A stretch of DNA of 64,000 bases from Candidatus Anstonellales archaeon. Its GTDB lineage: Archaea > Micrarchaeota > Micrarchaeia > Anstonellales > J096. The stretch covers positions 183,130 through 247,129 of the forward strand of contig JAWAFD010000002.1 in the NCBI GenBank assembly GCA_038890745.1, in the 5' to 3' direction. The translations under genes were made by a program, and so were the position numbers. The notes beneath the pieces were generated by a model. That model was not told the DNA's origin and ran no database searches. It saw nothing but the letters and a program-made list of their open reading frames with translations. Of the stretch, positions 57,540 to 64,000 are shown piece after piece (the stretch's first letter is position 1; every line of letters starts with the position of its first letter).

Positions 57540-58760
57540 ATGAATTTTGATTACATCAAAACACTCCATTCCCTCGGCGTAAAAGACGGAGAGACATATT
57601 ACGAAATCTCGAAAAATGTTAGCTTAGAAATTGTTGAAAAGAAAATAAAGAAAGAGGAGAATACAACTGAGGGTGTTGGGATAAGAATATGTGAAAATGA
57701 CCGTGTAGGGTTTGCGTTCGCCGAGAAGGAAAAAATTCTACAGGGAATAATCCAAGCAAAAAAGAACGCAAAACTATCGCGCGAGATAAAAAATTTTTCC
57801 TTTGCTCCGGGCGGAGATGTAAAAAATGAAGCGGGCGAGAGGAGGATCGAGGATTTTGGAACAGAGGAGCTTTTTGAAATATACGACAAACTAAAATCAA
57901 TCGCAAATGTGCATGCAGCAAACATTGTTGCAAACACAACCCAAAAAACAATAGAAAACACAAACGCTTTTCATGGAGAATTCAAAAAAAGAACATTCTC
58001 CATGTATGCGAACGTGATCCATGGAGCAGGAATGGCAACTATGGTTTTCGATTCCCTGAAACCTGAAGGGTGGGAGAAGGAGGCCGAGCTGCTAGATGAA
58101 AATGCAAAGATGATGAGCAGGGCTGAGCGGGTTAGAGGAAGATACAACATCGTTTTTTCTCCTAATGCTTTTCTAAGCTTTCTTTCCATTCTTATTCCTT
58201 CCTTTTCCTACGAAAACATAAGGAAAGGGGTAAGCATCCTAAAAGGAAAAATAGGAAAGAAAATCTTCACTGAAAAACTAAGCATCTTTGTTGCGCCCGA
58301 ACTTGAGCTTACGGGAAAAGAGCCTTTTGATGATGAGGGCGTAGTTGCGAAAAGAAAAGCGATTGTTGAAAACGGAAAAATTATCGATTATCTGTACAAT
58401 CTAGAAAACAGCGAGAAGGGAAAGTGTGGGAACTGCATGAGAATGGACTACTCCTCTCCGCCAACAATAGGTGTTAGCAATGTATTTATTGAAAAGGGAG
58501 AGGGATTTGATGAAAAATATCTATACATAAAGCATGCGCATGGGTTTCACACCGCAAACACCCTCACGGGTGAGTTTGGGATAAAGGTAAGCGAGGGATA
58601 TCTTATGAATGGAGAAAGTATAGAAAAAGGGGTAAAAAACATCTCATTTGCAGGAAATACCTTCGAATTCCTTAAAAACATTGAGGTTGGAAATAAATAT
58701 TATTCCTACTCGAACTATCAGGGTCCGCTGATACTCTTCAAGGAGGTCTGGGTAAATTGA
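57540..58760 (+). CDS. TldD/PmbA family protein (PmbA/TldE-like, no HExxxH)
   Basis: [25 protein letters not shown] and [10 protein letters not shown]. Confidence 0.8.
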   Translation: MNFDYIKTLHSLGVKDGETYYEISKNVSLEIVEKKIKKEENTTEGVGIRICENDRVGFAFAEKEKILQGIIQAKKNAKLSREIKNFSFAPGGDVKNEAGERRIEDFGTEELFEIYDKLKSIANVHAANIVANTTQKTIENTNAFHGEFKKRTFSMYANVIHGAGMATMVFDSLKPEGWEKEAELLDENAKMMSRAERVRGRYNIVFSPNAFLSFLSILIPSFSYENIRKGVSILKGKIGKKIFTEKLSIFVAPELELTGKEPFDDEGVVAKRKAIVENGKIIDYLYNLENSEKGKCGNCMRMDYSSPPTIGVSNVFIEKGEGFDEKYLYIKHAHGFHTANTLTGEFGIKVSEGYLMNGESIEKGVKNISFAGNTFEFLKNIEVGNKYYSYSNYQGPLILFKEVWVN

Positions 58761-60739
58761 AATACAAAACAACAGAGGAGATAGAAGTCCCAAAGCGCAT
58801 AATCGATCAGGTTATTGGTCAGGATAAATCCGTTGAAATAATAAAAAAAGCAGCAAGGCAGAGGAGGCACATCCTTCTCATAGGCCCGCCGGGAACCGGA
58901 AAAAGCATGCTTGCGCAGGGAATGGCTGAGCTTCTTCCTGTAAAGGATTTGGAGGATGTTCTCGTCTATCCAAACGAGCTTAACGAAAACGAGCCGATAA
59001 TAAGGACGGTCCCAACCTACCCGACGAAGGAATGGCTTCAGAAAAACCCACAGTTCATGCGGTACTATTCTCCACAGGAGCTTGCAACCATCGGATTGCT
59101 CAGCGATAAAAAAGACTATGCTTCACTGGCAAACATTCTCAAAATAGGTTTAGGAAGAAGGATTGTTTCCATAAAGGAAAAAGAGGAGGAAAGAACAAAC
59201 ATTACGCCATACATCTTACTTCTTCTTGCGCTCATAGGAATAGGGCTTCTTGTCTATCCCTTGGAAGAGAATGTGAAATGGTTTGCGCTGGCCCTTCTTC
59301 TGGGTTTCGGCTTTCTTTACATATTCTCTTCAATGTTCGCAAACATAGGGAGGTTTCCTTTCAAAAGAGATATGGGGCCAAAGCTTATCGTTGATAACAG
59401 CGGAAACATAAAAGCGCCTTTTGTGGATGGAACCGGCACAAAAGCAGGTGCGCTTCTTGGGGATATTAAGCACGACCCGCTCCAGAGTGGTGGGCTCGGA
59501 ACCCCTCCCCATCTTAGGGTAGAGGCGGGTGCTATCCACAAAGCAAACAAGGGAGTGCTTTTTATAGACGAGATCGCAAGCTTAAAGTTGAATTGGCAAC
59601 AGGAGATTCTTACTGCCATGCAGGAGAAAAAGTATTCCATCACAGGGCAGAGCGAGATGAGTTCAGGAGCTCTTGTCAAAACGCTACCTGCGCCTACGGA
59701 TTTTGTACTTATCGCAGCAGGCAATTTTCAGGATTTGCAGCACATCCATCCGGCGCTGAGGAGCAGAATACGTGGAGCCGGGTACGAGATATACATGGAA
59801 ACAGATATGGATGATAATGAACAGAACAGGGAAAAGCTCGTTAGGTTTGTGGCGCAGGAGGTAGTGAGGGATGGAAGGATCCCTCACTTCACAAAAGAGG
59901 CTGTTGACGAGATAATAGTTGAAGCGAGGAAGATGGCAGGTAGGAAGGGGAAGCTCACGATGAACCTCAGGGAGCTCGGCGGGCTGGTGAGGGCTGCCGG
60001 CGACATTGCAATAGAAAAAAACTCAAAGTACGTCTTACCCGAGCATGTGATTGCGGCTAAGAAAGTTTTCTCTCCAGTAGAATTCCAGATTGCTGAGAAG
60101 ATTGTTGAACAGAAAAAAGAATACCAAGTTTTCCTAAACAAAGGATATGCAACAGGAAGGGTAAACGGGCTTGCCGTCATAGGCCAGAGCTGGAAGGGAA
60201 TCCTTCTCCCGATAGTTGCAGAGGTTACCCCAGCCTCCTCAAAGGAGGAGGGGAAGGTGATAGCAACCGGAAAGCTCGGTAAGATTGCGAAAGAAGCTGT
60301 TGCGAATGTTTCAGCAATTCTCAAAAAATACGCCGGAAAAAACATAGCAACCGAAGACATTCACATACAGTTTTTGCAGACATACGAGGGTGTTGAGGGT
60401 GATTCCGCGAGCGTGAGCGTTGCTGTTGCGGTGATTTCTGCATTAGAGGGAATACCCATTGACCAGAGCATAGGGATGACCGGGAGTTTGGATGTGCGTG
60501 GTGAGGTCCTTCCGGTTGGCGGGGTTTCTGCAAAGGTGGAGGCAGCGATAGATGCTGGGATGAAGGCAATAATAATCCCAGAAAAGAATTTGAATGAGGT
60601 GTATCTTCCAAAAGAGAAAATGAAGAAGATAAAGATTGTTGGCGCAAAAAACATTGTTGATGTTATAAAATACGCTCTTAAGCAGTGCGAGAAGAAAGAT
60701 CAGCTCTTAAAAAGAATGAAAAGGGGTTTCAAATCCTAG
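58757..60739 (+). CDS. lonB: Archaeal membrane-anchored Lon protease
   Basis: [15 protein letters not shown], two-TM insert, LFIDEI, catalytic EGDSAS and [11 protein letters not shown] start. Confidence 0.96.
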   Translation: MKYKTTEEIEVPKRIIDQVIGQDKSVEIIKKAARQRRHILLIGPPGTGKSMLAQGMAELLPVKDLEDVLVYPNELNENEPIIRTVPTYPTKEWLQKNPQFMRYYSPQELATIGLLSDKKDYASLANILKIGLGRRIVSIKEKEEERTNITPYILLLLALIGIGLLVYPLEENVKWFALALLLGFGFLYIFSSMFANIGRFPFKRDMGPKLIVDNSGNIKAPFVDGTGTKAGALLGDIKHDPLQSGGLGTPPHLRVEAGAIHKANKGVLFIDEIASLKLNWQQEILTAMQEKKYSITGQSEMSSGALVKTLPAPTDFVLIAAGNFQDLQHIHPALRSRIRGAGYEIYMETDMDDNEQNREKLVRFVAQEVVRDGRIPHFTKEAVDEIIVEARKMAGRKGKLTMNLRELGGLVRAAGDIAIEKNSKYVLPEHVIAAKKVFSPVEFQIAEKIVEQKKEYQVFLNKGYATGRVNGLAVIGQSWKGILLPIVAEVTPASSKEEGKVIATGKLGKIAKEAVANVSAILKKYAGKNIATEDIHIQFLQTYEGVEGDSASVSVAVAVISALEGIPIDQSIGMTGSLDVRGEVLPVGGVSAKVEAAIDAGMKAIIIPEKNLNEVYLPKEKMKKIKIVGAKNIVDVIKYALKQCEKKDQLLKRMKRGFKS

Positions 60740-61962
60740 GATTTTACAACTATTTTTTCTGTTATCTCAACTATTTCTTCAGCAGGTATGGATTGCTTTT
60801 TATTTACTGGACTGAGCACAAGCAGCTCGTTATGTTTTTCATCAAGCCTTATTGCTTTTCCTATATAACTCCCCTCCTCATCATAAACTTCCTTATCTTC
60901 TAGTTTTGAGCTGGAAATCACTTCTGTTTTTAGCATCCCTATTACATGGGAGCTTGCATACCCGGCCACGCCAGCAATAACTATCGTAAGGAGAAAATCA
61001 GCGAATGATACATAGGGCGGGCTTATGTTAGTAATCCACTTTGCACCGACCCTTATTATCATTGTGCTGAGGAGAACAACAGATATGTAGAGTGCGTTGT
61101 TTAGTACCTCGAATTTAAATCTCTTTATGAATGCGTCAAACATTTTTATCACAAAAAGAATGATGAGTACCCATGAAAACATGAGAACAAATGCATCCAA
61201 CGTGTATGCATATAGGCTTATTCCTATAAGCCCATACGCTACCCCGTAGATATATGCTTGGTACGCCATCCATAGCGATATGAGAAATAGGGCGGAGATC
61301 CCTGTGATGAATATAAGGTTTATTGCCCGGTCCTTTGAAACCTGCAAACCACCAAAAACCTCTGCTATTCTTTCATCAACGCCAAACCCCTTCAGCACCA
61401 AATATGTTCCGATAACTATTCCCAAATACTGCCATGGGATATTAAACAAAAACATTATAGAGATGAGGAGGATTATCAGCGCCGGTATCCCAAAAATTAT
61501 TTTCGCGTAGTAAGGGTCTTTGAGCTTTTCGAGAATTACAAAATAGGTTTTTTCAAGCTCCTTAGCCTGCTTAACGAAAACAACAACGTTTCCCTCCACT
61601 TTCATTCTACTTTTTATGACATGCATTATTGTTTCATCTCCCGCGCCATCAGAAACAACAACACAGCTTTCAGATGGGTGGGTTTTCAGAACCTTGTCCA
61701 GTTGTTTTGCTATTTCTCTGCTCGCCCTTATCCCCAAACTCTTATCCCCGGTGAGGGTTACTATCTCAACATCCTTTTCCCTCTTTTTTATTTCATCGTA
61801 GATGTTTATGGCTTTGAACATCACGTTTGCGTCTGGGTCCTCAGGGTCTGCAAGTGCCATTCTCGTTGCTGCCTTTAGATTCTCCTCCCTTCCAAAAACT
61901 GGCCCCTTCACCTTTGCCTTTTCCCATAAATCATTGTCTACATCAGTGGCTATTACGAGCAT
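60736..61962 (-). CDS. DUF373 family membrane protein with C-terminal PRC-barrel-like domain
   Basis: [34 protein letters not shown], multiple TMs and [10 protein letters not shown] tail. Confidence 0.85.
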   Translation of the reverse strand: MLVIATDVDNDLWEKAKVKGPVFGREENLKAATRMALADPEDPDANVMFKAINIYDEIKKREKDVEIVTLTGDKSLGIRASREIAKQLDKVLKTHPSESCVVVSDGAGDETIMHVIKSRMKVEGNVVVFVKQAKELEKTYFVILEKLKDPYYAKIIFGIPALIILLISIMFLFNIPWQYLGIVIGTYLVLKGFGVDERIAEVFGGLQVSKDRAINLIFITGISALFLISLWMAYQAYIYGVAYGLIGISLYAYTLDAFVLMFSWVLIILFVIKMFDAFIKRFKFEVLNNALYISVVLLSTMIIRVGAKWITNISPPYVSFADFLLTIVIAGVAGYASSHVIGMLKTEVISSSKLEDKEVYDEEGSYIGKAIRLDEKHNELLVLSPVNKKQSIPAEEIVEITEKIVVKS

Positions 61963-62029
61963 AGCATAAATTTATAAATATCAAGTTTATTAAACTTATC
62001 CTTTAAAAATAAAAAGCAACGGTGATGGC

Positions 62030-62302
62030 ATGCAAGTGGAAATTATAAAACATTCAAAAGAAGAGCTTGAGTTTGAGATAAAGGAAAGCGACTCAGCCAT
62101 TCTTGAGCTTCTTACAAAAAGGCTAAATGAATATAAGGAAACAGAGTTTGCAGCGCAGAAAACAGAACACCCTCTCATAAGCAAGCCGAAGATGCTCCTC
62201 AGGGTAAAAAAAGGAAATGATGCAAAAAAGGTTCTTCTGAATGCAATAGACGAACTTCGGAAGGAGTTTGAGAGCATAAAAGAAAGGGTAAAGAAATTAT
62301 GA
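62030..62302 (+). CDS. rpoL: DNA-directed RNA polymerase subunit L (Rpo11)
   Basis: ELEFEIK...LELL...FAAQKTEHPL; 90 aa. Confidence 0.85.
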   Translation: MQVEIIKHSKEELEFEIKESDSAILELLTKRLNEYKETEFAAQKTEHPLISKPKMLLRVKKGNDAKKVLLNAIDELRKEFESIKERVKKL

Positions 62303-63267
62303 ACTGGGAAGATACCTTCCAGAAGTTTGCGAAGAGCAATGTTCAATTCTCGCTCCTTGTTATTCTTTTGGTTCTCTACCTGGTAACAAAGCACATATTT
62401 TTTGCAATTCTTACCCTCCTTTCATTCATCCTCATGCTTGCATCTGAGGTTTATTTCGGGGTGAAGAAGCATGGGATCAGGCATGAGATCATAGATACGA
62501 TAGTTGCCATAATTTTCGCCCTTGTTGTATGGTATGGTGCTTCTTTTCTTCTCAACACCTCCTCTCCGATAAGCGCTGTTGTCTCCTGCTCCATGCTACC
62601 CGCGATCCAGAGAGGCGACCTGATAATTGTTCAAGGAGTTTCAGACTATTCTGCATACGAGCTCAACATCACGCAAGCAGACTACTCTGCTCTTTTAGGC
62701 CATTCAGAGGCGGTGCATGGGGATAAAATCCTCTCGGTGAAAGGTTCTGTTTTCTCTTTCTGCCAGGCTGCTCCGGATGATCCGTTCTGTTATGAGTTTG
62801 CAACTAAACCCGAGGAGTTCAGCGAGAGCAGAGGAAATTTTGTATTTCAGTACGGAAGATGCCAGAGGAGAATAGGGGCTGATGTTTATAAGGAAGAGCC
62901 TTGCATAATGAATGTTTCATACAAAAACAAAACCTATCCCATAAAACTCTCTCATGATATAATCGTCTACCAACCAAACCCAAACGATGTTTTTGCCTTG
63001 TATGGAGATATAATCCACCGCGCATACTTTAAGTTGAATGTAGATGGAAAAACCTACTACCTTACAAAAGGAGACAATAACAACCTGCTGGACATTCAGT
63101 ACTATTCATATTATTATGAGATGGGAAACACGCCTGTCCCGGCAGACCGTGTAAAAGGAAAGGACCTTTTTCAGGTTCCTTTCTTAGGCTACTACAAGCT
63201 TTTTCTCTCTATGATGTTTTCAGAAGACCCTCAGTGCAACACGATTCTGATCTATCCGCATGAATAA
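62299..63267 (+). CDS. Archaeal signal peptidase I (S26B) with Cys-containing insertion
   Basis: VVSCSMLP, RGDL, IIHR, TKGDNN and VPFLGY. Confidence 0.88.
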   Translation: MNWEDTFQKFAKSNVQFSLLVILLVLYLVTKHIFFAILTLLSFILMLASEVYFGVKKHGIRHEIIDTIVAIIFALVVWYGASFLLNTSSPISAVVSCSMLPAIQRGDLIIVQGVSDYSAYELNITQADYSALLGHSEAVHGDKILSVKGSVFSFCQAAPDDPFCYEFATKPEEFSESRGNFVFQYGRCQRRIGADVYKEEPCIMNVSYKNKTYPIKLSHDIIVYQPNPNDVFALYGDIIHRAYFKLNVDGKTYYLTKGDNNNLLDIQYYSYYYEMGNTPVPADRVKGKDLFQVPFLGYYKLFLSMMFSEDPQCNTILIYPHE

Positions 63268-63289
63268 AACGCTGGCCAACGTACTAAAA

Positions 63290-64000
63290 CTATAACCTAA
63301 CTCCATAAGTTCTCTCGAAGCGTTTTGCAATCATAAAAACCTTATTATTATGCCTCCATTCAATATTATTTTTATTTAGGTAGTTTGCCCTCCTAACGGT
63401 TTTTCTAGCAGATTGCATCCATTGTTTTCCCATTTCAAGCATCTCTTCCTTATTTCCTTCGCTTACACACGCAAGCGCCCTTATTTTCCACCCCATATTA
63501 TACTCGCTATAACCAAGAATTGGAGGGAAAGAAAGAACAAGTTTTTTTACTTCTTCTCTAGTAAATTTAAGAACAAACCCATTATGGAAGGTCCTTTCTT
63601 TCTCCAAATTCCTAAGCTTCGAATTTACAGACTCCTCAGAATTACCCAAAGCAGCAGAACTACCAATCACTATCCTCCTTACCTCCTCTCTACTAAACCC
63701 ATAATTCTCCAAATTCCTAAGCTTCGAATTTACAGAATCCTCCGCATAACCTAAAGTAGTAGGCAATCCAATCACTATCCTCCTTACCTCCTCTCTACTA
63801 AACCCATAATTCTCCAAATTCCTAAGCTTCGAATTTACAGACTCCTCAGAATTACTCAAAGCAGCAGAACTACCAATCACTATCCTCCTTACCTCCTCTC
63901 TACTAAACCCATAATTCTCCAAATTCCTAAGCTTCGAATTTACAGAATCCTCATTGAGACCTAATACAGCAGGCAATCCAATCACTATCCTCCTTACCTC
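63290..64000 (-). CDS. mTERF-like 35-aa tandem repeat protein (5' end beyond the window)
   Basis: Open frame to the window edge with repeats EEVRRIVIG-[variable]-SVNSKLRNLENYGFSR. Confidence 0.75.
   Translation of the reverse strand, partial: EVRRIVIGLPAVLGLNEDSVNSKLRNLENYGFSREEVRRIVIGSSAALSNSEESVNSKLRNLENYGFSREEVRRIVIGLPTTLGYAEDSVNSKLRNLENYGFSREEVRRIVIGSSAALGNSEESVNSKLRNLEKERTFHNGFVLKFTREEVKKLVLSFPPILGYSEYNMGWKIRALACVSEGNKEEMLEMGKQWMQSARKTVRRANYLNKNNIEWRHNNKVFMIAKRFERTYGVRL
63600..64000. repeat. 105-bp tandem repeat, at least 4 units
   Basis: Units start at 63600, 63705, 63810 and 63915; they differ only in one internal patch. Confidence 0.95.

Noticed and set aside
59190..59345. Hydrophobic insertion within the Lon ATPase domain
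   Set aside because: This is the normal membrane anchor of archaeal LonB; there are no intein motifs.
814..63754. Numerous short ORFs overlapping long genes (e.g. 50967-51647, 32969-33436, 59884-60360)
   Set aside because: Antisense or off-frame shadows of well-supported genes, with no motifs or independent expression signals.
63600..64000. CRISPR-like repeat-spacer array
   Set aside because: The period is 105 bp, in frame within an open ORF, and the variable parts are related to each other. It is a coding repeat.

Overview
Archaeal genomic window. The evidence is RpoL, membrane-anchored LonB, DUF373, class III signal-peptide pilins and TATA-like promoters. The gene repertoire suggests a DPANN lineage such as Micrarchaeota (inference). 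Bases 1-35.4 kb are a co-oriented cell-surface locus with CARDB/Ig proteins, three beta-helix (NosD/PbH1-type) proteins including a 3954-aa giant, a small secreted protein and a membrane-anchored protein. Three solitary P-loop ATPase genes lie within or directly beside this locus. The rest of the window holds a pilin-like cluster and housekeeping genes (hisS, scpAB, pyrC, suf, argS, thpR, pmbA, lonB, rpoL, signal peptidase I). Five observations stand out. (1) A ~200-aa domain occurs as a standalone secreted protein and as the C-terminus of both giant adhesins, suggesting a subunit-plus-adhesin filament or lattice system. (2) A ~270-bp element inserted in the scpB 3' end supplies a recoded replacement end and carries two identical 59-bp repeats, each abutting a gene 3' fragment (a tRNA-Ser 3' half and the old scpB end). 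(3) Two unrelated ATPase genes are each bracketed by their own perfect palindromic direct repeat. (4) An mTERF/TALE-like 35-aa repeat protein has an invariant scaffold and a variable patch. (5) An orphan ends in a beta-barrel-like domain. All calls come from reading the sequence; no database searches were run.
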